Shown here piece after piece: positions 24,700 through 36,722 of a DNA stretch of 64,000 nt. This DNA is from Gracilinanus agilis. Taxonomy: Eukaryota. The DNA lies in NCBI RefSeq assembly GCF_016433145.1, contig NC_058133.1, positions 371,824,761 to 371,888,760 of the forward strand. The letters run 5' to 3'. The stretch's first letter is position 1. Every line of letters begins with the position of its first letter. The position numbers and the translations under genes were made by a program. Under the pieces are notes generated by a model that was not told the DNA's origin, made no database searches, and saw only the letters and a program-made list of their open reading frames with translations.

Positions 24700-26100
24700 G
24701 CCCCTGAAGTACTTTATCATCATTGAGATTTTTCTTCTGTTTTGCCCTCTTCTCTCTGCATTCTCATCAATTGACTTTGTTATCTCTTAAGGGTTTCACC
24801 ATTATCTGTGTGAAGATGACTTTCAGATTTATGTATTTAGCCCTAGCCTTTCCCCTGATCTTCTATCCCAAATCTCCAATTGCCTGTTAGATATTTCAAA
24901 ATGGATGTCCTGGAGATCTCTCAAACTTGACATGTTCAAAACAGAACTCACAATCCCCTTTCCTGTCTACTAAACTTGTGTCTCTGAGGATCCTACTATC
25001 CCAGGTTCATAACATCTACATTATTATCTTCAATTTCTCAGTATTCTTCACCCCACATATCAAATCAGGTGCCAAATCCTGCTTTTAACTCCAGTTTACA
25101 TCACTTACCTTCTCTATCCCTAGAGTCACAGCCTGCATTCAGACCTCTTATCTGGATTACTGCTATGGCTTCTTAATTGGGCTTCTCATCTCTAAGTCTC
25201 TCCCCCCTACAGTTCATTTTCCACATAGTTGCCAAAATGATTTCCCCTGAGCACAGATGTAGCCACGTCACCCACCCTTATCAAATGAGATAATAAGACA
25301 ATATTTACAAAGCAATTAGCATAATGCCTGGCATATAGTAGGTGCTATAAAAATATTTATTCCCTTCCCTCCCCCAAACCCTTCCTAGTATAATTTATTT
25401 CAGGTTCCTATTGCCTCTAGGAAAAATATAAATTTCTTTCATTTTTTTAAACCCTTACCTTCCATCTTAGAATCAATACTTACTTTTGGTTCCAAGGCAG
25501 GAGAGTAGTGAGGGCTAGGCAATGGGAGGTAAGCGACTTGCCTAGGGTCACACTGCTAGTAAGTGTCTGAGGCCACATGGAACGCAGGACCTCTTCTCTT
25601 TAGGCCTGGCTCTCAGGCCAGTGAGCCACCTAGATTTCCCACTCTTGTTGATTCTTAAAGCCCTTCACCATCAGATCTCAACCCATTTTTCAAGACTAAT
25701 TTTGTGTTATTCTCCTGTCCACATTCAGTGGTCTAGCCAAACTGGGCTCTGACACTCACATGTAACACCATATTTCCCATCTTCATGCTTTTGTACTAGC
25801 CATCCCTCATGGCTAGAAAGAATTCTCTCCTGATCTTCAGCTTCATTAGATTCCCCCACTTCCTTCAAGTCTTAGTTTAAGCATCACCTATGCCAACTCT
25901 TCCAATTCCCCATCTGCTAGTGCCATACTAAGATAACTACTTTGCATTCATTTATTTTTTATTTATTCTGTATGTACTTATATTTCTCATCCTTTCCAAT
26001 AAAATATAACCACCTTGACAGTAAGAGATTATTCTGCTTTTTGTCTCTGAATCTTCACTGCCTAATGCATTGTAGGTCCTTAGCTAGCAAATGCTGATGG
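24700..26100 (-). mobile_element. Decayed L2 LINE region, interrupted by a SINE at ~25442-25637
   Basis: L2-like phrases (ttagccctagcctttccc, ggatgtcc, ctggattactgc..cttctaattgg). Confidence 0.55.
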
Positions 26101-26535
26101 ATAAAACCCAGAATCTTCTCATCTTGGCTCTATGGCCAAGTACAACAAAAGCAGGTGGAGAATTGGGGAAGTTTTCAGCTAAGACTAGTATTCATTTAAG
26201 ATTCCTAAAATAATATTACCCTGGTTGTCCTTAGTCTAAGTTAGAATCACAACTCTCTCTGGCAAACACAACAGTGACCTCCCTGAACTTGATGCATTTG
26301 TACTAGCTACAAGTTTAAAAAAATATCATATTGCTTTAATATGAGTGAGCTGCAAAATATGAAATGATAGGCCAGTTCCTTCCCTCTGGGACATATTAAT
26401 CTATTTCTCAAAATTCATGAATTTAGGACTCCAGTATCAACTTTCATATGAGGTAAAATGGACAATTTTGGATGCATAAAGTTTTAAAGTTTTTGTAGAA
26501 ACAAAATCAATGTACCTAAAAGTAGTAGAAAATAG

Positions 26536-27491
26536 TGTTAAAAGAGGGAATCCCTGGGATGATGTTAAAATGGTTATTTGGGTTGTACTAGTGAACTAAG
26601 CCCAGGATACTCCCTCTCCTGACCAGCCAGAGAGCTAATGGCTGCCCTCTGTGCCCTGAGTATGATGATGGCAGAGGTAAATAAGGAGGTATGATTCAGA
26701 ATGAGGAATACTAAAGGAAGATTGATGGTTGGTTAGGGAATTTTGCATTACCTAACCTTCCCCAAATATTCTTTTCTGATCACACCCTTACCAAAGGAAA
26801 CCAGTAATTGGCAACTTAGGATTTTGCACTTTACCTAAGTTAAAAGAAAGGTTTCCCCCTCAAATAAACCTTTGCTCTCTTTAGCCTCTACTCTCTCTTT
26901 TCCAATAATCTGACTTCTAGTTTGTAATCAATGATATTTGTTGATGATAGGCTAACAGGGTGAAATAAGGAAAGAGGTAAAACAGGAGTTCCCTATCTAA
27001 AGGCTAAGAGAGATATGCAGGTTCCTTTTAGCTTTGGCCAATGGCTAACAGGATCAGCCTGGAAGTTGTCTCAATTTTCTTGACTTTCTAGTGCTAACTA
27101 TCTAATCTATCAATATGGAGAATCAAATGATTGTAGATGTGGTGGGTACAGAGGAAGATGTTTCTCTCTTTGGGCTGACACAGACTGCCCTCTGGGACAA
27201 AATCCTCTTGGACAGCTGAATATCCTGGAAGCCCTCAGGTCTCCAGATACTGATGAACAAGGCACTTCACAGTCAATATGGCAATAGCAATGATTGGGAA
27301 ATCTGCAAAGGCTATGTATTCAATCCAGAGGTCAGATTCAGAGCTCCTTTCAGTCCAGGGTTCAAACTGAACTCCCCATCAGCTACTCCTCCTCCCAGAA
27401 GCCTTTGCTTCTTCCCACCTTCTAATTGCCATTGCTGTCAATCTTGCTTCCTCAGCATTCCATCTTCACTCTGTCCAAATCCCTTCTTTCA
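26536..27491 (+). mobile_element. Solo LTR, class I ERV type (956 bp)
   Basis: TG...CA ends, perfect 4-bp TSD atag/atag, internal AATAAA at ~26864, pyrimidine-rich U5. Confidence 0.8.
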
Positions 27492-27659
27492 ATAGAAAAC
27501 TGGAGAAGGGGGAGATTCGTTGTAGCAAGTTTCTCTAATAAGAGGCTTATCCTAAGATATGTAGGGAATGGGGGTCAAATTACAACAATAAGGGCTGTTC
27601 CTTAACTGAAAACAATTTTTGAAGGAATACATTTGAGTTATTAATAGCCATATAAAATT

Positions 27660-28320
27660 TCTCTAAATCACTATTAGAGAAATGCAAATAAAAACAACTT
27701 TGAAATACTACCTCACACCCATCAGGTTAACTAAAATGACAAATGCTGGAGGGACTGTGAGAAAAAAGGTACACTAATGTACTATGCTGGATCTGTGAAT
27801 TGGTCCAACTATTCAGAAAAGCAATTTGGAACTATGCTTACAAAGCTGTTAATCTGTGCATATCTCCTTTGATCCAACAATATGGTCTGGTTTTTAAAAA
27901 CATATTCGTTCTGTCTTGGAATTGATACTAAGTATTAGTTCCAAGGTAGAAGGGAGGTAAGGGCTAGGCAATTGGGGTTAAGTGACCTGCCCAGGGTTAC
28001 ACAGCTAGGAAGTATCTTGAGATCAGATTTGAACCCAGGACCTCCCATCTTTAGGCCTGGATCTTATCTACTTAAACCACCTCACCCCTTCTGACCCAGA
28101 AATACTGTTACTAGGTCTACACATCACAGAAAAAAGAAAAGGACACAGATATAAAAGAACATATAATAGATGTGCTTTTGTAGTAAGAAAGAATTGAAAA
28201 CCAAAAGAAATCTCATCAGTTGGGGAATGGCTGAACAAATTATGATATATGAATGTGATGTAATACTATTGTGCTATAAGAAGTGATGAAGGTGATAGTT
28301 TCAGAAAAACCCATTGAAGG
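27660..28320 (+). mobile_element. L1 ORF2 3' fragment interrupted by a minus-strand SINE (~27895-28085)
   Basis: gagaaatgcaaataaaaacaac...tacctcacacccatcagg; gcaatttggaactatg. Confidence 0.7.
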
Positions 28321-28500
28321 GGCAACTAGGTGGTTCAGTGAATAGAGAGCCAGACCTGGTGATGGGAGGACCCTTCTCTTTGTCAAGCCTGACTCCTCTA
28401 ACATGCCCCCTTTATCACATCCTTTTTTGTCTTTCCAGGAGATCAGATACTTCCTACCTGTGTGACTGTGGGCAAGGCATTTAATCCCATTGCTTTTATA
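28319..28500 (+). mobile_element. CORE SINE with foreign insert at 28372-28438
   Basis: Head and CORE present; B-box region replaced by a copy of 28968-29039. Confidence 0.7.
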
Positions 28501-29130
28501 TGTGCTCAGAATGCCATTCCTTCTTCCTCTTCTAGGATATTTTCCCAAAGTTGTCTGATCCTCTCCTCTGCTCTTCGATCTCTTCCTCTCTGCTGGTTTC
28601 TTCTGCTCTGCCTATGAACATATTCAAGTCTCTGTAATTCTGAAAAACAAAAAAACAACAACTCTATGTTGACCCTTCCAGTGAATTCAGTAGCCTTCAC
28701 CTTTGGCTTTGCCATTTCACCCCTTTGCTATTAAACTTTTTGGAAAGGTTATCTAGTTGGAATGTCTAGACCTATTCTTCCACCCTCTAAATCACACCCA
28801 TGCCAGAAGAGCTGGCAGTAGGCTAATCAAGGATCCTCCTTCTCATTGTGGAAAAAAATTGAGGCCATTCAATATGAATTCTCTTTTCTCCCATTCTCTT
28901 CTTCTCAGAACTACATGAAATTATCTCCTACTTTTTTCTTCTTTCTTCTCTCTGCCAAAGAAGTGATCCTTCTCTTAGCCAAGCCTGACCCCTCTAACAT
29001 GTCTGTTTGATCACATCCTTTCTTTTTTGTCTTTTCCAGATTATATTTTCAGTTATCCTTCTCTCTTTTGAATCTTTTATAAACAATTTCCTTACCTACT
29101 ACCTCCAAATATACCTGATTTTCCTCTATT

Positions 29131-29308
29131 CTTTTTTTTTTAAACCCTTAACATCTGTGTATTGGTGGAAGGGTGGTAAGGGTGGGCAATGGGGGTCAAG
29201 TGACTTGCCCAGGGTCACACAGCTGGGAAGTGTCTGAGGCCGCATTTGAACCTAGGACCTCCCATTTCTAGGCCTGACTCAATCCACTGAGCTACCCAGC
29301 TGCCCCCT
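29131..29308 (-). mobile_element. SINE1_Mdo-type SINE
   Basis: Near-consensus antisense copy. Confidence 0.88.
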
Positions 29309-29374
29309 TTTCCTCCATTCTTAAAAAACTTTCACTAGACCCTACTATCTCCTCATTCTGTTGTCCTATTTAGA

Positions 29375-29790
29375 GTCATGCTGGTAAATATTTAGAAACT
29401 GAGCTGGGAAAAAATACTTGCACACATACTTTTAAGTTTTATCTAATTAACAATTGCTTAAGTCTAGATCAGTGATCCCCAAAGTGGGCGCTACTGCCCC
29501 CTGGTGGGTGCTGCAGTGATCCAGGGGAGCGGTGATGGCCACAGGCGCATTTGGGGGCAATGGATAACTGTAAGGGGGCAGTGATAGTATGTGACAGGGG
29601 GTGCTAAGTAATATTTTTTCCGGAAAGGGGTCAGTAGGCTAAAAAAGTTTGGGAACCACTGATCTAGATGATCAACAACATAATAAAAAAAAGCTCTGAT
29701 TGTAGTAGTTGCTGATTTCTGAGGTGTACATTATCACACTGAAAATTTTACCATCTGTTCTAGGAAGCCCCTCTTGCATGCCCCTGAACC
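29375..29790 (+). mobile_element. Old MER53-like hAT MITE, split by a younger MITE
   Basis: tgctggtaaatattt... aagtctaga|insert|...ctctgattgtagtagttgctgatttctgaggtgta resembles recalled MER53 consensus. Confidence 0.6.
29470..29661 (+). mobile_element. hAT MITE (192 bp)
   Basis: TIRs CAGTGATCCCCAAA / TTTGGGAACCACTG; TSD gtctagat / atctagat (Charlie-type NTCTAGAN). Confidence 0.92.
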
Positions 29791-30848
29791 TGTATCTCTT
29801 CTCCCTTTCTGAGCTAAACTATTTGAAGAGCTGTCAACAATCACTGCTTCTATATCTTTTCCTCTGACTCCTCGACCCTTTATAATCTGGCTTCCAACCT
29901 CATCACTCAACTGAAACAGCTCTCTCAGTATCTCCAGAAAGACATGGATATACAGAAAGATAGTCACTTAAGGAAATAGCTTCAAAGAACAATACCTCTG
30001 ACAGCAAAGAGAACTAACATGGACTCAAAAGGCAAGAGCTAACCTGGGCAATTGACAGTTGAACTGTGGAGTGGAGTAAACCTTGGGAACTTATCTGGGC
30101 AAACTACCTGGCAGAGATCTGGACCCAAGGGGAGTTTGCTGTGGACCCTAGGAAGAACTTCCAGGTTCTGTAGTACCAGGAATCGTGATTTGGTTTTGTC
30201 ACACATATCCTACATGTGTATCTCACTTGAATTAACAAGTTATAGCCTCATTTTTCTCAGGATCTTAGGCTAGGGTTGGGGGTAGGACCATGAGGACAAA
30301 GTAATCCTTTCTCTGCATGACCTACAAAACTTTTCATAGTGATTTCCTACTATTTGTTAGATTTGCTTATTGAGTCTGACAGTTTGCTGTTTTATTCTCA
30401 TCACAAATCATATCTTTAGTTGATATACATAAACCACCATGAGCATTATTCAGTTAGTTTATTAGCTTATATTCAGCAATTTTTTGTTTGTCTTTCTTTC
30501 ATGTGCCCAAATTTAACTTGTGTTTCTATTTTAATCCAGGAATTCTATTTCTATTAAATTTTTTTAAAAAGAAGAAGTAGAGGGTAGCATAGAAGTGAAA
30601 TGTTGTCTATGTTTTCAGATATGGTTGTGTTTTTTGTAACTATTTTACTTTGTTATGAGGCCACTAACAAAGATACTTAAAAATGTATGTAATGTAAAAA
30701 CCAAATACATCAATAAAACTATTAAAAATTAATCTATATCAATTCCTAAGGACCCTGCCTTTTTGTTTTATTAAATCTCTGTAATATTTGTATAATTTGA
30801 TTTCTCAGCTTTATTTAGGAAGAGAGTTGAGAAATAAATGCTAATGAC

Positions 30849-31164
30849 TTTTTTCTGTTTTTCCTGACAGTTGGTCTCCCTATTCATAGGCTGGAAATGC
30901 AGGGGCCTTTCACAGGTTCAATCTCACTACAGATCATCACGAGAGATTTGACCAGTTCCATTTCTGCCATGGTCTGTTTCACCCTCTTTAAGCAGCCTGG
31001 AGGTTCCCTCCCTCTCTCAGCTTCCAGAGGTTCACCAGTGTTGGTGTTAGGCTTAGTGTGGACACCCAACCTGCTAAGTTCACTGTAGCTCAGAACTCCT
31101 GAGCTCATGCCATCCACCAATTAAAGCCTCTCCCAGGAAGGTTTTGCAAGAGCAGGGATTACAG
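30849..31164 (-). pseudogene. 7SL (SRP RNA) retropseudogene with S domain and A tail
   Basis: Minus strand: ctgtaatccc..gagctcaggagttctgagctacagtg..gggtgtccacactaag..ccaggctgc..ggtcaaatctctcgtgatgatctgtagtgagat..cctgtgaa..ccagcct..gagacc follows 7SL; probable 5' remnant at ~31825-31840. Confidence 0.88.
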
Positions 31165-31824
31165 TGTTTTAAGTAAAATTATGTGTGTGTGCAGAGGAAA
31201 AAGGCATGGGAAAGCAGAGAAAAGAAATTCTAGAATTCTACTGGAGAGAGTCAGTTAGCTTATGCTGGAGAATTCATTCTCTCTTTACCTGAAGAGGGAA
31301 TTGGATACGTTTCTTTGCTAGCTGTGGTATATCTGGACTTCTCCATTCTACCTGCTTCTCCGTTACCTGATTGAACCATCTATTGAGCTTCCTGTGTGAT
31401 CTGTACAGCTCAACCATCTGTCTGTGAGAATCTGGTTGGGATCCTTTTGGATTCAAAACCACTTCTTGAGCCATATCCTGCCTAGCTGCTTAACTACCTC
31501 CATTACCACCAAAAGGGGGGTTATTTTGGGTTAGTGTAGGATATTTATATTAGGGTCTGGGTCCCTAGATAGAAAGGTGAGCTCAGTGTAGGGAAAAATC
31601 CACAGACTCCTGGCAACAGGACATTTAGATCTTGTGGGATTTAGATAGAAACCTTTAGTTTAAGTTATCCAATTACCATTTACCTTTCCCTTGTTAAATT
31701 AAGCACCTTTTATATATCTTCTAAGTGGGTGTTTGTGTGTCATCTGAGTCTTGCTCTGCCAACCCTGTGCTTGGGTGGCCTTCCCAGAACCCAGGTTACT
31801 CTTCTGATACTGGCCTAAATAACA
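31165..31824 (+). mobile_element. Probable solo LTR inserted in the 7SL pseudogene
   Basis: TGTTTT...ATAACA ends, splits the 7SL copy; TSD not clearly preserved. Confidence 0.55.
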
Positions 31825-32851
31825 TCTATCCCATGTCCAAAACCCACTTATTATTTCAACAGACATACATAAAGTCATGTCCAGCCCTATCAGTGATGAA
31901 TTCACAATTTCTGTCTATCTGAGAGATTAATTTCTGGACAAGGCAAATGTGTGGATTTATGTTTTTCATCTTTTTAATTGAGAGGGACAGAATTTAGGTG
32001 GGAGGAAAGATCCAGCAATAATGTTGTAAAAAGAAAAAGAGGAGCATTTAAACATCTTTTTTAAATGCCCAGAAGGGAGTTTACAGGGAAACACAGACAA
32101 GCAGGACAACTTTCAAAGTAACATACTGGACTTATTATATCCTTTTTTAAAAAGCAATCTGTATTTCATAGAGATAAAATATCATATCTTACTCTTTTTA
32201 TAAAGAAATATTCTCATTTTTGTGTGGTATTTGTTAAATTCAAAATAAAAAATAAATTTTATTTGAGAATAAACCAATTTTAATAATCCTTAACATTTTG
32301 AATAAGAAAAACAATCTTGTGGTTTATAATAAAAAATATAATCATGTCTTATGCCTAGATACTTTTAAATGTTAAGAGAATAAAATGCTATTCAAAACTT
32401 TAGGAAAGAAGCATTTTATACTTTGCATAGATGACTATAGCCACAAGGTAGAACTGCATTCTTAATTTATGCACGTATATGATGTGTGATGTAATCATAT
32501 GATAAAGTCACAGAATAATTGAAAATTAAGTTGGAGTAGATAAGAAATAATTTAGTATGTTTTAATTAGTGCATGCATACCAATGTTGATAATAGTAGAA
32601 AGGTGAAAAATAAACTACTTCAATTATATATGAGCACTTAAAAATCAGTGATTTAGAATTGCTTGACTTGATTGAGAATTATTTAAATATATTTAGCTTT
32701 TTTAATGAAAAAGTTGATGATAGAAAAAAATCTTTAAAAGAAAGATGATGTTAATGCTACTTCAAGTGAAAATAACTATTAAAAAAGCAAACCATGAGGG
32801 AAAATACACTTAACAAAAACCTAGAAATGGAAATAATTCAACATGATATTC

Positions 32852-33052
32852 TTTTTTTTTTTAAACCCTTACCTTTTGCTTTAGAATCAATACTATGTAA
32901 TGGTTCCAAGGCAGAAGAGTGGTAAAGGCTAGGCAATGAGGTTTAAGTGACTTGCCCAGGGTCACACAGCTGGGAAGTGCCTGAGACCAGATTAAAACCC
33001 AAGACCTCCCTCTCTAGGCCTGGCTCTCAATCCTCTGAGCTACCCAGCTGTC
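32852..33052 (-). mobile_element. SINE1_Mdo-type SINE
   Basis: Antisense near-consensus copy. Confidence 0.88.
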
Positions 33053-33129
33053 TCATAACATGATATACTGATAAATTCTTGTGGCATGTGACATGTCAGA
33101 AAATGGTGAATAATGAGAGAACTGAGGGA

Positions 33130-33805
33130 AAGGAAATAAGTAATTGAAATTTTTTTGTGTGTGTGTTTTAAAATTTTTTTCCATGGTTACATGATTCATG
33201 TTTTCTCCCTCCCCCCTCCCAGAGTTGAAAAGCAATTCCACTGGCTTATACATATATACCCATTTCCATATTATTCGTTTTTGTAAAAGAGCAGTCCTTT
33301 AAAACCCAAACCCTAAATCACATACCCATATAAACAAGTGATAAATCACATTTTCTTATGGATTTCTACTCCCACAGTTCTTTCTCTGGTTGAGGATAAC
33401 ATTCTTTCTCATCAGTTTCTCAGAATTATCCTGGATCATTGCATTGCTTTTAATAGCAAAGTCTATTACATTTGTCCCACAAAGTTTCAATTACTGTGTA
33501 CAATGTTCTCCTGGTTCTGTTTATTTCATTGAGCATCAATTCATGTGGGTCTTTCTAGTTCATGTAGAAATCAATTGATTCATCATTCCTTACAGCACAA
33601 TAGTATTCCATCACCATCACATACTACAATTTGTTCAGCCCTTCCCTAATCGAGGGACATCCCCCTCATTTTCCAGTTTCTTGCAACTGCAAAGAGTGCA
33701 GGTATGAATACTTTTGTTCAAACAGGTCCTTGCTCAGTTTTTTTTAATTTAATCTCTTTGGGATATAAGCCCAGTCGTGGTACTGCTGGATCATAGGGCA
33801 TGCAT
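33130..33805 (-). mobile_element. L1 3' region
   Basis: ggttacatgattcatg..aagcaattccactgg..cttacagcacaatagtattcc..ctgctggatca. Confidence 0.75.
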
Positions 33806-34317
33806 AATTGAAATAATTTGTAAATGCAATGAGAAAGGTGTCAAATACATATAAAGCCTAAAAATTATTTAACCAAATTAAGAGGCTCTCATTCAGCCTA
33901 ACAGATATTAAGCACATAATGATGAAAATGTCCTCAAGGAGCTCATATTCTCTTGGGAGGAGATACAATAAGTATACAGGCACAAAGTAATTTAAAGAGG
34001 AAGGAAATATTAGCAACTAGGGAGAGCTCTGAAGGAAGGTGAGAATAAAAGGCAGACTTGAGACTGGATGGGCATTCCAGGCAGGAGGGAGTACATATTC
34101 AAATGTAAGATGAGATAAAACTTCAAGTTTAAGAGATATAATTTGAGGCAAAAGTAGAGGTTATTAGAACAAATTCCAGATAGTACAAAACATTAGGAAA
34201 GAGTTATCTGAAGTCATTTGCAACATCCTTAATTTAAAGCTTTTAAGGGTGGATATCTTTATCTTGTCAGACCACAAAGAGAGCAGAAATTTAAAGCTTT
34301 CTCCTGAGTACAATTTG

Positions 34318-34525
34318 GGGACAGCTAAGGTAGTGCAGGAAGGTCTCAGTGAAAATATAGCCTCAGGCACTTAGCTGTGTGATCTTGGGCAAGTCATTTA
34401 ACCTTAATTCACTGAAAAAGGAAATGGCAAACCAGGGAGGATCTTTGCCAAGAAAAGCCCAGGACATTATTGGTGCGCCATGTCCATGGAGTGACGAAAA
34501 GCTGGAGACAACTGAAGGACTCAGT
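34318..34525 (+). mobile_element. Mar1-type SINE (CORE plus RTE tail)
   Basis: cttgggcaagtcatttaacc..aaggaaatggcaaacc..tctttgccaagaaaa. Confidence 0.7.
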
Positions 34526-34859
34526 ATTGACATCTGTTTACCCCTCAGCCTTGTCCTTGTTTGCAGAGAACATCAGTGGTCCTCCTCTTTCCTGGAAGGT
34601 CCATCCATGCCTTTAACAATCCAAGTTTATCTCTTTTTCTTTTAAGTATTTTTTTTAATGTATCATTCACCTAGGCCTTTCTAAAAGCTATTATTAAGAT
34701 TAAACTCTCGTTAGCTTAATTCAGCTGTTGGCTTTCACAAATTTTATTTGCTCCAGAGAGCTGAGCAGGTAGGCACAACAGGGAAGGTCTTCATCACCTC
34801 CAGCCTAGAAGGCTTACAAAGTCCTTATGTCCCTGCCTTCATTCTCTCCTTACTCCAAT

Positions 34860-35398
34860 CCATCCAAGCCCTCAGAGTCATCCTTTTGCTGGTTGAGGGT
34901 CTTGCCTCAGTGTTTGATGGATGCTGAAGGCTGTGACAATTTCTTAAAATGAGACCACAATAAAGTTTGTGTCCTTGGCGAACTCTTCCTTTCACTCGAA
35001 TGCTCAGGGACCATCGACCATTCACTGGCCTAACTTTAATATTGTTGTGTCTCAAGGAATAGGGAGGCCTGAGGAGAGGGAGAGGCACTGAGACAGCAGT
35101 TTGGTAGAGCAGTGAGAACACATACAACATTTATCAATGATGTTAGACAGCTCACATGGCTGGCATTAGGAATGTCAAAGGTCACAAATCACTGGGATAG
35201 ATATAATAATGAAAAAGTTTTAAAATCAGTGGAAATCATGAAAATGTGACACAATCATGATGTAAACACATGCTGTTGGAAAAATGGTGCCAATGGTCTT
35301 GCTTGAAGCAAGGTTGCCACAAACTTTCAATTTGGAAAAAAAAAATGCAGTATTAGGAAGCTTAAGAAAGCAAAGCCCAGGAAAGCAATGTGTGCCTG
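34860..35398 (-). mobile_element. Tigger1-like (pogo) deletion derivative
   Basis: Minus strand starts CAGGCACA; contains ggcctccctattccttgagacacaacaatatt and gaggcaagaccctcaaccagcaaaag, recalled Tigger1 5' and 3' segments joined directly. Confidence 0.8.
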
Positions 35399-35696
35399 GA
35401 AAGAGCTGGAGTCACTTCCCTTGGAAGCAATGGCGTCAGGCTATTCCTTCTCTCTGATTCCTTCTTCCAAAGGGACAAAGCAGATCTTTCCCAGCTCAGG
35501 TGTCTATAAGGACATGATTCCACCCACCCACCCACCCAAGTCACTGCTCTCTAACTCACCCTTGAGGGATAGGAGGTTGGGATTTTAAAAACTGCTTCAG
35601 AGAAGAACAATGGAGAAAGGAATGCCTAAGACCACTGCTTTCCAGGACTCCAGTTCTCTATCAGACCTTCCTCCTCACAAAACATTGTATGTTTGG

Positions 35697-35860
35697 GGCA
35701 GCTAGTTGTCTCAGTGGATAGAGTACCAGAATTGGATGTGGGAGGTGCTGGATTCAAATATGACCTGAGAAACATCCTAGCTGTGTGACCATGGGCAAGT
35801 CACTTAACCTTGTCTGCCTAGTCCTTGTTGGAAAGACAAAAAGTAAGAGTTTAAAAAAAA
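35697..35860 (+). mobile_element. CORE SINE (older)
   Basis: ggggcagctagttgtctcagtggatagag head, CORE, tail. Confidence 0.75.
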
Positions 35861-35901
35861 TGAAGTTTCTTTTTGGTAGGTATTCATTAGATCTAATCCT
35901 G

Positions 35902-35902
<1 letters not shown>

Positions 35903-35950
<48 letters not shown>
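35903..35950. repeat. (TG)n microsatellite
   Basis: Direct reading. Confidence 0.95.
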
Positions 35951-35951
<1 letters not shown>

Positions 35952-36574
35952 TGTAATTACAAGTGTCAGTAAAAATCTCTTTGGTCCATTGGAGCAGCAG
36001 CATGCTCTTTCCTCACCACACCAGCAAAATTGTCTCAAGATTTATATGTCTCCCCTTTCTGAAGGACAAACGGAGAACTTTTATCTTTTCCCAGGGCACT
36101 TACAGCCCCCTATGGTGCTTGGATCAGAAAATACTGATTTCTGTCCAATTCTGCAGAAATACATCTCCCATTTGGGAGCATTTTCTAAATCTGTTTGAAG
36201 GCATTTAGGGAGAGAGCTCAGTGCACTGCTTCTTGCTACTCTGCCGTTTAGTTCTATCTCAAAGAATTAGAGAAAGAAAAATTTGTCTGGCAGGTAAAGC
36301 TATTTACAATTTGAATCCCTTCCAATCATTCAGCCTTCTTATATATTATTTCCTTGCATTCTACAGGACTTTCTTCTATCTCCTATTCTACAAGATTCCA
36401 TCTTTCATCTCTATTGCCTTTGCCTTGGCTCTCCCTTTTCACCTGCATCTCTTGGAATCCCTGAATTCCTTTCACACTGTAGACTCATGCAGTTCATACC
36501 TTTTAAGATGAACTGCTCTTTAGCTAAAGAGGGTCATTGTATCATCTTAAAAATGCACAGGGTTGGGGGGGGGG

Positions 36575-36720
36575 AGGCAGCTAGGTGGCTCAGTGAATTG
36601 AGAATCAGATCCAGAGATGGGAGGCCCTAGGTTCAAATCTGGCCTCAGATACTTCCTAACTGTGTGACCCTGGGCAAGTCACTTGACCCCTATTGCCTAG
36701 CCTTTACCACTCTTCTGCCT
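36575..36720 (+). mobile_element. SINE1_Mdo-type SINE, 5' part (tail resumes at 39824-39846)
   Basis: Ends at ...ccactcttctgcct; expected continuation cttggaaccaatatacagcattg found at 39824. Confidence 0.8.
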
Positions 36721-36722
36721 AT

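Noticed and set aside
35754-36198. ORFs of 94 and 137 aa
   Set aside because: They are kept open by the (TG)n microsatellite and SINE sequence
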